Shown one piece after another: positions 47,364 to 56,548 of a DNA stretch of 64,000 nucleotides; the first letter of the stretch is position 1; each line of letters opens with the position of its first letter. The stretch comes from Candidatus Latescibacterota bacterium. Lineage in GTDB: Bacteria > Latescibacterota > UBA2968. The notes beneath the pieces were generated by a model. It did not search any database. It had not been told where the DNA came from and worked only from the letters and a program-made list of their open reading frames with translations. The DNA is taken from contig OZ242311.1 in assembly GCA_965207885.1 (NCBI GenBank), positions 3,488,001 to 3,552,000 of the forward strand, read 5' to 3'. The position numbers and the translations under genes were made by a program.

Positions 47364-47590
47364 CGCACGATCAGCACCCGGGGAATGTTGGGAATATCTG
47401 GAACTGGAAGGTCGGCAAGCCGTCCTAAAGGGTGGATAATATTTCTCAAAAGGAGAACTTCATGCATAGACCTTTATTGCTTTAATCCACCCCCGCACCT
47501 CTGAGCAGGATAGATACGGCCGATTATCGCTTGATGGAGCGGGATAGAATTGAAAAACGTGCAGACTTTAATAATAGAAGGGGGCACGTC

Positions 47591-49684
47591 ATGTCGATTC
47601 GTTTAGCACTACTCGCATTCATCGTTAGCCTATGGGGCTGCGGAGGCCATAGCATGCCTACCGCCCCAGAAAAAGCGGTTATTCGGCCAACCGGGAATAT
47701 CCAATCTCTGGATCTTTCACCCAATGTCCTGGTCGGCTCTATCCGCTCCAAGCCCGCCAGTACCAACGCTGGTTCCAGTGTAGATGCAAGGAACCACGAA
47801 GGCAATCACCCCCCTACTTTCAATAGTTCTCCAGCAGGTCGCAGTCTGACCATCTTGCTCCCGCATGGTCCCCATCTCAGAGCTACACTGCATTTCAATG
47901 GAGAGCCAGCGACGGACCCGGACGGAGACAACATCACCTACCGATTCGCGCTCGCAGTACATGGTCTTCCGGGTCTCCAGACTCCTGCTGAAGCCTTGAT
48001 GAGAATCACGCGGGAAGGCAACAACTTTGTGTTCCGGGGAAATGGCGATATAACCCCGGCCCAGTTCACCTCCGTCTATGGAGAAGTCGCCACCATTCCT
48101 GTCCTGCTGGGGGGAATCTACGCAAGTGATGGGACCGATGAAAGCGATCCTGAGGGTTTCAATATACACCTGGTTTACGACGGCTCAGCCCAGTTCTCAG
48201 CCCCTGCCGAATACATAGGGGACCAACGCTGGGAGATCCCTACTCCCATAGAGATGTACGAAGGGACAACGATGCCCGAAACTGGGGAATTGCCCACCTG
48301 GACAGCAGTTACCGCAGCGCGTCGGGATTGGGGATTCGACTGGTCGTATCCCCGTATCCGATGTGAGGTAGAAGCTACTACCTACGATGTTTACACATTT
48401 CCAGACGGCGGCAATGACAATACTCTATTTACCCTTGATTCAGAAAGTAGAGCGGCATCGGGAACCGTATCACTGGCCTTTAAAACAGTGCCGGACTATG
48501 AAACACCGGGCGACAGCAACGCAGACAACGAGTACCAGGTGCGCGTCGTAAACACGCACAACATCCATCGCCTGGGGGGCGAAGGATCTCCAACAGGGTG
48601 CAGTGGATCGGTGCTTGACATGAGCATCCTGGTCAAAGATGTAGGAACTCCGGCGCCTCCAGAACATGTGGAAGGCAGATTTCGGGAAACGGACGACACG
48701 ACGATAGACGTGAACTGGACCGCGTCTGGAGGCTTTAGCGAAAACGGCACTCTGGTAGCATTCCCAACAGGATTTGAAGTTATCGATTACGACTATCGCT
48801 ACCGACCATCAGGAACAACAACCTGGACAGAAGTGACAGATACCCCTTTGATGGTGACGACCATCACGTTAGAGAATATGACGGAAGATGCTTATGACAT
48901 TCAGGTTCGAGCCAACAATAGTGAAGGTAGCGGAGCCTGGTCATCGGCGATACAAGCAAAGAAGATTAAACGCACCATTTGCTTTATGGCATCGCAATAC
49001 ACCGCTGTGGAGGGAGATCCCTCTGGCGCCGAGATTGCGGTATATCTGGACCCAGCGGCAGGAACTGTGCCGATTAATATCCCCATTTCTGTGGTAGAGA
49101 GAGAAGGGGCTGGTCCTGAAGACTATTCTGGCGTACCTTCAAGTATTACTTTTGCACCAGGCGAAAGCAGGCAGACATTCTCTTTGATGGCCACGGAAGA
49201 TAGCGACAACGATGAAGGTTTGGAAAATATCCAGCTAAACTTCGGAGACCTGCCAAAGAATGTGACTCCAGAAACGCCAGCCACTGCCGAGGTAACCCTG
49301 AAGGAACCAACACCAGCAATCACGGAAATCCGGATATTTTCTACTCCCGAGAGTGGGACCACCTATGGAGGCGGAGAGATCATAAAGGTAGAAGTGACCT
49401 TCAACGTGCCAGTGGTGGTAACGTGCGAGCCCTATATTTGGGTCAAATTTGACGGTAATACAGCGGGAAGGGCCATCTACAAGAGAGGATCGCGCACAGA
49501 GAGGCTTGTCTTTGAATACTGTGTCCGCTCGAGAGATCGGGATCGCAACGGAATAAGCATCCGCTCGAATGCGTTAAACCTGTTCGGGGGATCCATTACG
49601 GCAGTTTCCGATGGTACCAACGCAAATCTCGACCACGTCGGTTTGCCCGACGATCCAGATCACAAAGTAAATGGATGCCAGTGA
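47591..49684 (+). CDS. Surface lipoprotein with cadherin-like, fibronectin type III, Calx-beta-like and C-terminal Ig-like domains
   Basis: Lipobox LWGC; PDYETPGDSNADNEYQV; VNWTA...YDYRYR...YDIQVRANNSEGSGAWS; ITFAPGESRQTF..ATEDSDND; LVFEY.V...DRDRNGISI. Confidence 0.85.
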   Translation: MSIRLALLAFIVSLWGCGGHSMPTAPEKAVIRPTGNIQSLDLSPNVLVGSIRSKPASTNAGSSVDARNHEGNHPPTFNSSPAGRSLTILLPHGPHLRATLHFNGEPATDPDGDNITYRFALAVHGLPGLQTPAEALMRITREGNNFVFRGNGDITPAQFTSVYGEVATIPVLLGGIYASDGTDESDPEGFNIHLVYDGSAQFSAPAEYIGDQRWEIPTPIEMYEGTTMPETGELPTWTAVTAARRDWGFDWSYPRIRCEVEATTYDVYTFPDGGNDNTLFTLDSESRAASGTVSLAFKTVPDYETPGDSNADNEYQVRVVNTHNIHRLGGEGSPTGCSGSVLDMSILVKDVGTPAPPEHVEGRFRETDDTTIDVNWTASGGFSENGTLVAFPTGFEVIDYDYRYRPSGTTTWTEVTDTPLMVTTITLENMTEDAYDIQVRANNSEGSGAWSSAIQAKKIKRTICFMASQYTAVEGDPSGAEIAVYLDPAAGTVPINIPISVVEREGAGPEDYSGVPSSITFAPGESRQTFSLMATEDSDNDEGLENIQLNFGDLPKNVTPETPATAEVTLKEPTPAITEIRIFSTPESGTTYGGGEIIKVEVTFNVPVVVTCEPYIWVKFDGNTAGRAIYKRGSRTERLVFEYCVRSRDRDRNGISIRSNALNLFGGSITAVSDGTNANLDHVGLPDDPDHKVNGCQ

Positions 49685-49819
49685 AGGGGGTTCATTCTCA
49701 CCTGGTATCGCGTCAAGAGGCGGTAAAGGACACAGGCACCGGTGGCATTGTTCTCGTTGCCACTAATTTGGTGGGTTACCGCGGTGTCCTGCCACTAAAA
49801 AAGAAAAGGGGATATTGGG

Positions 49820-50287
49820 ATGAAGCAAAAATTCATGGAAAGAGCCATAGAACTCTCCCGGATTCATATGAGGGCGGGAGAAGGCGGTCCATTCGGTGCG
49901 GTCATCGTCAAAGACGAAAGAATTATTTCGGAGGGGTATAATGAGGTGCTCTCCAGCAAAGACCCCACAGCCCATGCGGAGATCATGGCCATCAGAAAGG
50001 CGGCATTCAAGCTCGACACCTTCCACCTTGCGGGATGCGAAATCTACACCAGTTGCGAACCCTGCCCCATGTGTCTCGCCGCCATCTACTGGGCCAGAAT
50101 CGAGAAAATTTATTTTGCCAATACCGCTGAAGACGCCAGGAATATCGGCTTCGACGACCAATTCTTTTACCAGGAATTGCAACTGCCGCGATCCAAACGC
50201 CAAGTCCCCTCCCAGCAATTGCTACACGATCAGGCATTAGCGGTCTTCAAGGAGTGGCAGGAAAAGGTGGATCGCATTGAGTACTAG
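49820..50287 (+). CDS. guaD: Guanine deaminase, cytidine-deaminase fold (B. subtilis GuaD type)
   Basis: GGPFGAVIV, DPTAHAE, SCEPCPMCLAAIYWA, GFDDQFFY. Confidence 0.88.
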   Translation: MKQKFMERAIELSRIHMRAGEGGPFGAVIVKDERIISEGYNEVLSSKDPTAHAEIMAIRKAAFKLDTFHLAGCEIYTSCEPCPMCLAAIYWARIEKIYFANTAEDARNIGFDDQFFYQELQLPRSKRQVPSQQLLHDQALAVFKEWQEKVDRIEY

Positions 50288-51576
50288 AGTGCCCCGACCA
50301 CAAACCGGATCGCGAACAGTACCGCCACCATGACCACTGCCAGATTCAACTCCTGGCGGCGCCCGCCCAACACCTTAATGAGTGCATAGGAGATGAATCC
50401 AAGACCGATCCCTGTGGCAATCGAATAGGTGAAAGGCATCGCGATTGCAGTCACGATGGCGGGGACACACTCAGTCAGATCTTCCCATTCTATGTGCCGA
50501 AGTGCACGCGCCATGACACACCCTACGAACACAATCGCCGGGGCAGTCGCGTAAACCGGAATCGCAGTCGCCACCGGTGCGAACGCAAGCGCAACCAGGA
50601 AAAGCCCCGCCACGACCAGAGCCGTAAGCCCAGTCCGCCCACCTGCCCGCACCCCTGCCGCACTCTCGATACTTGACGTCGTAGTTGACGTGCCCAGGAG
50701 TGCGCCAACTATAGTGGCGGAGCTATCCGCTACAAGGGCACGGCGCAGCCCTGTAACCCGACCGGTACTATCGGTCAATCCTCCCTCGTTGAGTACCGCA
50801 ACCAGCGTGCCGCTGGTGTCAAATAGATCCACCATCAGGAATGCGAATACGATCGAGATCAAGCCTATCTCAAACGCCCCGACAATGTCCAGTTGCAACG
50901 CTGTTGGAGCCAGCGAAGGTGGTAGCGCTACCACGGATTCCGGTGCTGGCGACAGCTCCCCTATCCAACCCACCAATGCCACAACCAGAATGCAGATCAG
51001 CACAGAGCCAGGCACCTTCCGGTGCTCAATCGCCACGATTCCAATGAATCCGAGGCCCGCCAGCACCACTGTCCACTGAGCCAGATCGCCCAGCGTGACC
51101 AGCGTGGCTTCGCTGGCTACCACAATCCCTGCGTTGCGCAATCCAATAATGACAAGGAAATATCCGATACCCGCTGCGATGGCCATCTTCTGTGAGCGAG
51201 GAATGCTGTTGACGACCCACTCTCGCACGGGAAGCACGGACAGGATGAGCATCAGGCATCCGGAACAGAACACCGCTCCGAGCGCGACCTGCCAGGACAA
51301 TCCCAGTGTGCCCACCGCGACCGCAGCGAAATAGGCGTTCAGACCCATTCCCGGGACCAGTGCAATGGGATAGTTGGCGTAAAGGCCCATGACCGCGGAT
51401 CCAAAGGCTGCAGCGAGACAGGTGGCTACCAGCACAGCGCCAGCGTCCATTCCCGCGCCTCCCAGCACCAACGGGTTCACGAAGATGATATACGACAGGG
51501 TCAGGAAAGTGGTGCATCCGGCCAGCACTTCCTGCCGCACGCTTGAGTTCCGCTCTTCTAACTGAAAAAAGCTCAT
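50284..51576 (-). CDS. NCS2/AzgA family purine permease
   Basis: EVLAGCTTFLTLSYIIFVNP, PGMGLNAYF, DLFDTSGTL, ESAAGVRAGGRTGL. Confidence 0.93.
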   Translation of the reverse strand: MSFFQLEERNSSVRQEVLAGCTTFLTLSYIIFVNPLVLGGAGMDAGAVLVATCLAAAFGSAVMGLYANYPIALVPGMGLNAYFAAVAVGTLGLSWQVALGAVFCSGCLMLILSVLPVREWVVNSIPRSQKMAIAAGIGYFLVIIGLRNAGIVVASEATLVTLGDLAQWTVVLAGLGFIGIVAIEHRKVPGSVLICILVVALVGWIGELSPAPESVVALPPSLAPTALQLDIVGAFEIGLISIVFAFLMVDLFDTSGTLVAVLNEGGLTDSTGRVTGLRRALVADSSATIVGALLGTSTTTSSIESAAGVRAGGRTGLTALVVAGLFLVALAFAPVATAIPVYATAPAIVFVGCVMARALRHIEWEDLTECVPAIVTAIAMPFTYSIATGIGLGFISYALIKVLGGRRQELNLAVVMVAVLFAIRFVVGAL

Positions 51577-51628
51577 TATTCCGTTGCTCCTCTCTGCATT
51601 GTGGATTCTTCAGCTATATATGTACTCC

Positions 51629-51657
51629 ATCCTATCGAATGATCCATCTTCTGTCAA
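51629..51657 (-). promoter_or_regulatory. Sigma70-type promoter of the purine permease
   Basis: TTGACA-17 bp-TAGGAT. Confidence 0.55.
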
Positions 51658-51778
51658 TACAGTACCATGCTCATTATTGCAAGGGATAGATATTTTATTC
51701 TTTGCACATCCTTCTAAAAGCGATACTTTAAGCGAGAAACAGATGGGTTGATCGGACTGACCACTGACAATTCACCAC

Positions 51779-52876
51779 ATGAACGACCTTGCAATCTATT
51801 TCATCACAAGCCTTTGCGCTGTGTACATCACGCTGATCGTCGTTTTTTTGTTTGGTCTTTTTCGCAGATTGCGGCGAGTAAATGGACGCCGTCTATCTGT
51901 TTCCGTTATTGTCCCCGCCCGCAATGAAGCCACCAACATCGATGCGTGTTTGCGGGCATTGGCTGCACAGACCTATCCTGACGACCATCTGGAAATTATC
52001 GTTGTAGATGACCGATCCACAGATGATACCGCCGCTCGAATTGATCAATGGACGCGCCGTTTACCCAACCTGAGTCGCGTATCTGTCACACAGCAGGACT
52101 ATATTTGCCCCAAAAAAAACGCCCTGTGGCAGGGCATCAAACACGCGCGCGGAGATATTATTTTTACGACAGACGCCGATTGTCGGCCCGGTCCCAACTG
52201 GATAACCTCAACCCTCGCGCACTTTGCGCCCGATGTCGGCATGGTCATAGGCCACGCTCCCCTGCTGCAAAACGAAAAAGCGCTATCGGGTCTGCTATCT
52301 CTCCAGGCACTCATTGTCTCAACTCTCGCAGCGGGCAGCGCGGGTATTGGCTTCCCGCTCACCTGTTCGGGGCGCAACATGGCTTATCGCAGAAAAGCCT
52401 TTGATGAGGCCAACGGCTTTAACGACATCGGACACATCATCGGCGGCGACGATGTATTGCTCATGCGCCAATTCGCTCAAAAAAGCGCGTGGAAAATTCG
52501 GTTCAACGCAGACGCCGATACGTTCGTTCCCTCGGCGTCTCACCCAGACAATCTCATCAATCGACAGGTGCGCTACCAATCCAAAACCATTCACTACGGC
52601 ATTCCCACCTTGATTCTGGCTCTTTCGGTGTATATATTCCATGTCGTTCTGGCGACGCTGCCCATTTTATTCTGGACCAACGCGGAATTATTTTATATGA
52701 TCGGCTCTTGCCTGGGAATAAAAATAATCGCCGATGCCGTTTTTTTGCTCTTCGGCAGTATCCGCTTCAAAAGCCTGAAATTGCTCCTGTGGTTTCCAGT
52801 TCTCGAAATCCTGATCATACCCTATATTGTCATCTTATGCGCGCTCGGCACATTTTCACCATTCAAATGGAAGTGA
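51779..52876 (+). CDS. Family 2 glycosyltransferase (membrane-bound)
   Basis: SVIVPARNE, VDDRSTD, TDADC, GGDD, QVRY (QxxRW-like), C-terminal TM helices. Confidence 0.92.
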   Translation: MNDLAIYFITSLCAVYITLIVVFLFGLFRRLRRVNGRRLSVSVIVPARNEATNIDACLRALAAQTYPDDHLEIIVVDDRSTDDTAARIDQWTRRLPNLSRVSVTQQDYICPKKNALWQGIKHARGDIIFTTDADCRPGPNWITSTLAHFAPDVGMVIGHAPLLQNEKALSGLLSLQALIVSTLAAGSAGIGFPLTCSGRNMAYRRKAFDEANGFNDIGHIIGGDDVLLMRQFAQKSAWKIRFNADADTFVPSASHPDNLINRQVRYQSKTIHYGIPTLILALSVYIFHVVLATLPILFWTNAELFYMIGSCLGIKIIADAVFLLFGSIRFKSLKLLLWFPVLEILIIPYIVILCALGTFSPFKWK

Positions 52877-52913
52877 CTACTCCCACGCCTAAAAGCTGTG
52901 GGCTTCTTGGTGG

Positions 52914-54038
52914 TCAAGCCACCTGACGTTGTAGCCCCAACGTCAATATGTTTATCGCAGCATTGTGGTCTCTGTCCGTCTTATAGCCACACGCCTTGCA
53001 ATGATGCACACGATCTGAGAGTGTCTTTTTCTCTCTATGTCCGCATGCCGAGCAATCTTGTGACGTGTATTCAGGATCAACGGCCTTGAATCCAATACCA
53101 GCCTCTTCCGCTTTGTATTCGAGACAGTGCCGAAACAGTGACCACGCTACGTCTGCTATTGATTTAGCCAATCGCTTGTTCTTCTGCATCTCTTTAACGT
53201 CCAATTTCTCTACGGCTATGAAATTGTGACGATTGACCATTTTTCTTGACTCTTGGTGTGCAAAGTTATGTCGCTTATTACGGATGCGCTCATGCACTCT
53301 ACCAATGACTTTACGACGCTTTTCTCTTGTGGGATCGGTCTTGGGTCTTTTTTTCACCGCGTCCCATTTGCGCTGTGCTTTGGCAAGAGCCTTTTCCTCT
53401 TTGCGAAAGAATCTCTGATTCTCTATTTTTTCGCCGTCACTGGTCACAGCAAAGGAATTGAGACCCACGTCAATGCCAACAGCAGAGTTAGTGTTTGGTT
53501 TCTTATCTTTTTCGCCAATATCGCAAGAGATAGACACGAACCATTTGCCTGTTTCTGTGCGTGTGATTGTGCAAGACTTAGGCACACCCTCAAGTGGCCT
53601 GTGCTGGACAATGCGAATGCAACCAATACTGCCCAATCGCAAGCCCTTGCCGTCCAATCGACATCCATTGGAAAACTGAGGGTAGGTGATAGAATCGTAG
53701 CGATTCTCATTCTTGTATCTGGGAAAACCCGCTTTCTCGCCAGTCTTTGACTTCTCTTTGAGACGGCGAAAGAAACCTTTGAATGCCAAATCTACTCTCT
53801 GTGATACTTGTTGCAACACTTGACTATATACTTGCTTGAAAGCAACGTGCTGTTGTTTTAACAATGGTATTGTTTTAGTCTGGTCATATTGCGAGAGAGA
53901 CTTATTCTCATTTTTCCATGCTTGTATTCTCGCACAGAGTAATTGATTATAAAGAATACGACATTCGTCAATATGCGCCAGCAAGATTTGTTCTTGCTTT
54001 TTGGTTGGACGCAATCTATATTTGAACGACTTAAACAT
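52914..54038 (-). CDS. tnpB: RNA-guided endonuclease TnpB
   Basis: KSFKYRLRPT HTH; RuvC residues GIDVG, AVEKL and DRDHNAAINI all intact; CSAC...CKAC zinc ribbon. Confidence 0.95.
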   Translation of the reverse strand: MFKSFKYRLRPTKKQEQILLAHIDECRILYNQLLCARIQAWKNENKSLSQYDQTKTIPLLKQQHVAFKQVYSQVLQQVSQRVDLAFKGFFRRLKEKSKTGEKAGFPRYKNENRYDSITYPQFSNGCRLDGKGLRLGSIGCIRIVQHRPLEGVPKSCTITRTETGKWFVSISCDIGEKDKKPNTNSAVGIDVGLNSFAVTSDGEKIENQRFFRKEEKALAKAQRKWDAVKKRPKTDPTREKRRKVIGRVHERIRNKRHNFAHQESRKMVNRHNFIAVEKLDVKEMQKNKRLAKSIADVAWSLFRHCLEYKAEEAGIGFKAVDPEYTSQDCSACGHREKKTLSDRVHHCKACGYKTDRDHNAAINILTLGLQRQVA

Positions 54039-54044
54039 AATAAA

Positions 54045-54073
54045 AATATACACTTAGGTATTGTTTTTGTCAA
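54045..54073 (-). promoter_or_regulatory. tnpB promoter, probably leaderless
   Basis: TTGACA-17 bp-TATATT, then 6 nt, then ATG; no RBS. Confidence 0.65.
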
Positions 54074-54351
54074 GTTGAAAGAGCACTCATGCTAAGCATG
54101 TTCCGTAACGATTCTACACGGAAGCAAACCAAAACCGTAAGCCCTTCGCCATGCGACCCACGCCTAAAGGCTGTGGGTTTTACGGGCTATTTGATAACCA
54201 CCCCTCTGCCCCGAGATTATCCACTAAGAACACGGAACGGGGTATGAAGGCGAGTAATTTGAGCATGACTGGCCGTCTCTTAGGCCAGTTCACGACACGA
54301 AGGATTCTCACGCTCACGCACTTTCGCCCCTTTCACTCAGAGACACAACTT

Positions 54352-55410
54352 ATGCTCTCAATCAAACTGCTGCCCGAAACCTTTATGCGATACCATCGCG
54401 CAATCACGCCCCGACGGATATGGAATGCCTCAAAAGTGGTCGCGTCCTACGCCCTCTCCAATCTATTTCGGCGGGATATTCGCCTGGGCAAACCCTTTGT
54501 GCTCATGGTCGAACCCACCAATTTCTGCAACCTCAAATGTCCGCTTTGCCCCTCTGGCAATGGCGACATGACCCGCGAGCGCGGCATTATGCCATTTGAA
54601 CACTTCAAGCATGTCTTTGAGCAACAGGCCGATCATCTCCTGCTCCTCATGTTGTGGAATCAGGGTGAACCCTTTATCAACAAACACCTCACCGACATGA
54701 TCCGGTTGGCCTCCGCACACAATGTCCCCACACTGACCAGCACCAATGTCCACTACATCAAAAACCGGGAAACCGCTCGAGACATCGTCGATTCCGGCCT
54801 TTCCGAACTCGTGGTCTCTCTGGATGGCGTCACATCCGAAAGCTATGTCAAATATCGCGTGGGGGGCAATTTTGACCGCGTACTCGAAGGCATCCGCCTC
54901 CTTGTTCAGGCCAAAAGCGACCTGCAAAGCAGCTATCCCCTGATCCACCTGCAATTTATAATTATGAAACACAACGAACACGAAATTGAAGCCGCACGCA
55001 AATTCGCTCGGGAGTTAGGCGTAGATCGCCTCTCGCTCAAAACAGCCCAGGTCTATACCGAATCCGATATAGAGACTTTCTTGCCCTCTGACGAGAAATT
55101 CAGCCGCTACGATTACACAGCCGACCACCTCTCGACCAAAAGCAAAATTAGCAATACCTGCCGCCACCTGTGGTACAGCACTGTCATCAATTGGGACGGC
55201 GCTGTATCGCCCTGTTGCTTTGACAAAGATGTTCACTACGGCCTCGGCGATGCCCTCAGTGAATCGGACTTCGACCAGATCTGGACCGGCCAAAAATACA
55301 CGGACTTCCGCAATGCCATCCTCAAAGACCGCAAATCTGTGCCGATATGCAACAACTGCTCAGAAGGGGTGAAGGGCATGTTTTACGATATAGAAAAAGT
55401 TGAGCACTGA
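54352..55410 (+). CDS. Radical SAM protein with SPASM/twitch domain
   Basis: CNLKCPLC, QGEPF, STN, SLDG, CRHLW...GAVSPCCFD...CNNC; start moved to 54352 because the upstream part of the track ORF runs through the IS end. Confidence 0.92.
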   Translation: MLSIKLLPETFMRYHRAITPRRIWNASKVVASYALSNLFRRDIRLGKPFVLMVEPTNFCNLKCPLCPSGNGDMTRERGIMPFEHFKHVFEQQADHLLLLMLWNQGEPFINKHLTDMIRLASAHNVPTLTSTNVHYIKNRETARDIVDSGLSELVVSLDGVTSESYVKYRVGGNFDRVLEGIRLLVQAKSDLQSSYPLIHLQFIIMKHNEHEIEAARKFARELGVDRLSLKTAQVYTESDIETFLPSDEKFSRYDYTADHLSTKSKISNTCRHLWYSTVINWDGAVSPCCFDKDVHYGLGDALSESDFDQIWTGQKYTDFRNAILKDRKSVPICNNCSEGVKGMFYDIEKVEH

Positions 55411-55417
55411 TAAAACT

Positions 55418-56533
55418 ATGGATATTGTCCTTTACTTATTGCTGCTCTCCACAGTCCTCTACGCCCTTGTCGCACTGTATTTTTTTTTCGGCTTATTCCG
55501 CCTGAACAATCAGCCGCGCACTGCTGAAACGCCATTTATATCCATCGTTATTGCCGCGCGCAATGAAGCGGATTATATCGGTCTGTGCCTCAAGTCTCTG
55601 AAAAAACAGACCTATCCATCCGACAGATTTGAAATTCTCGTAGTTGATGACGACTCGATTGATAGTACATCCCAAATAGTCGCCTCCACGCGTCTGGACA
55701 ATCTCCACCTCTTATCTGTCGATAATAGCTTTCCCGAAATGGTGGCAAAAAAACGACCGATGTCCGTTGGCATTCACCGTGCCAGGGGGGAATGGATCCT
55801 CACCACCGATGCCGACTGCACAGTGCCACCCACCTGGGTTGCCAGCATGGCGTCTTATATGGCGGCTGATACTGGCGTTGTCATCGGATTTTCACAACTT
55901 ACATCGCGCTCATTTTTCGACCGCTTGCAGGCTTATGATTTTCTCACCCTCATGGCGGCGGCGGCAGGCGCCGTCGGGGTGGGCAGACCCCTGGCTGCTT
56001 CGGGACAAAATTTCGCCTATCGCAAATGTATTTTTGAAAAAGTTGGCGGTTTTCGCGACATCGCACACCGCCCGTCTGGCGACGATGTGCTATTGCTCCA
56101 ATTGCTGCGCCAGGCATGGGATGGGCGCATCGCTTTTGCTGCTGATCCCGGCACTTATGCAACCACCCATCGCCCAGAAACCCCATTATCGCTGTGGCAA
56201 CAACGCAAGCGGTGGGCATCTAACGCCGCGTATCAACTGCGTCTCAACCCCGTTTTTTTTTCCTATATTGCAGTGGTCTTCTTGACCAACGCACTCATTC
56301 CAACTGCTTTTCTCATCTCAATAACAGACGGCACATACACCCTGCCCCTGATCTGCTGGGGTGCAAAAATACTGGTGGATCTGCTCGTAGCGGGAAAAGG
56401 CGTTTATACCTTCAAGCGTGCGGATCTACTCATCATGTTTCCTCTGTGGGAGATCTTACAAATCCCCTACACCATTCTCATCGGCCTCGCGGGAACCCTG
56501 CGCGGATTTACGTGGAAAGACCGAGATCATTGA
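55418..56533 (+). CDS. Family 2 glycosyltransferase, paralog of 51779..52876
   Basis: IVIAARNE, VDDDS, TDADC, SGDD, QRKRWAS. Confidence 0.92.
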   Translation: MDIVLYLLLLSTVLYALVALYFFFGLFRLNNQPRTAETPFISIVIAARNEADYIGLCLKSLKKQTYPSDRFEILVVDDDSIDSTSQIVASTRLDNLHLLSVDNSFPEMVAKKRPMSVGIHRARGEWILTTDADCTVPPTWVASMASYMAADTGVVIGFSQLTSRSFFDRLQAYDFLTLMAAAAGAVGVGRPLAASGQNFAYRKCIFEKVGGFRDIAHRPSGDDVLLLQLLRQAWDGRIAFAADPGTYATTHRPETPLSLWQQRKRWASNAAYQLRLNPVFFSYIAVVFLTNALIPTAFLISITDGTYTLPLICWGAKILVDLLVAGKGVYTFKRADLLIMFPLWEILQIPYTILIGLAGTLRGFTWKDRDH

Positions 56534-56548
56534 AGTGTGAGGTACCCC

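Larger units (their letters stand above)
52873..54193 (-). mobile_element. IS200/IS605-family element, tnpB-only (IS1341-like, non-autonomous)
   Basis: Near-identical subterminal hairpins cccacgcctaaa(a/g)gctgtggg at 52882-52902 and 54157-54177; left end follows TTAT and right end is TCAC on the minus strand; AT-richer than the flanks; no tnpA ORF. Confidence 0.9.

Noticed and set aside
49685-49819. Purine riboswitch upstream of the guanine deaminase
   Set aside because: Some pairing is possible (aggacac/gtgtcct), but the conserved purine aptamer core sequences are absent.
54074-54193. Possible tnpA in the IS
   Set aside because: Only about 120 bp are available and there is no HUH motif; at most an unrecognisable remnant.
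54151-54351. N-terminal extension of the radical SAM ORF
   Set aside because: It reads through the IS left-end hairpin and an intergenic structure; ATG 54352 gives a typical N-terminus.
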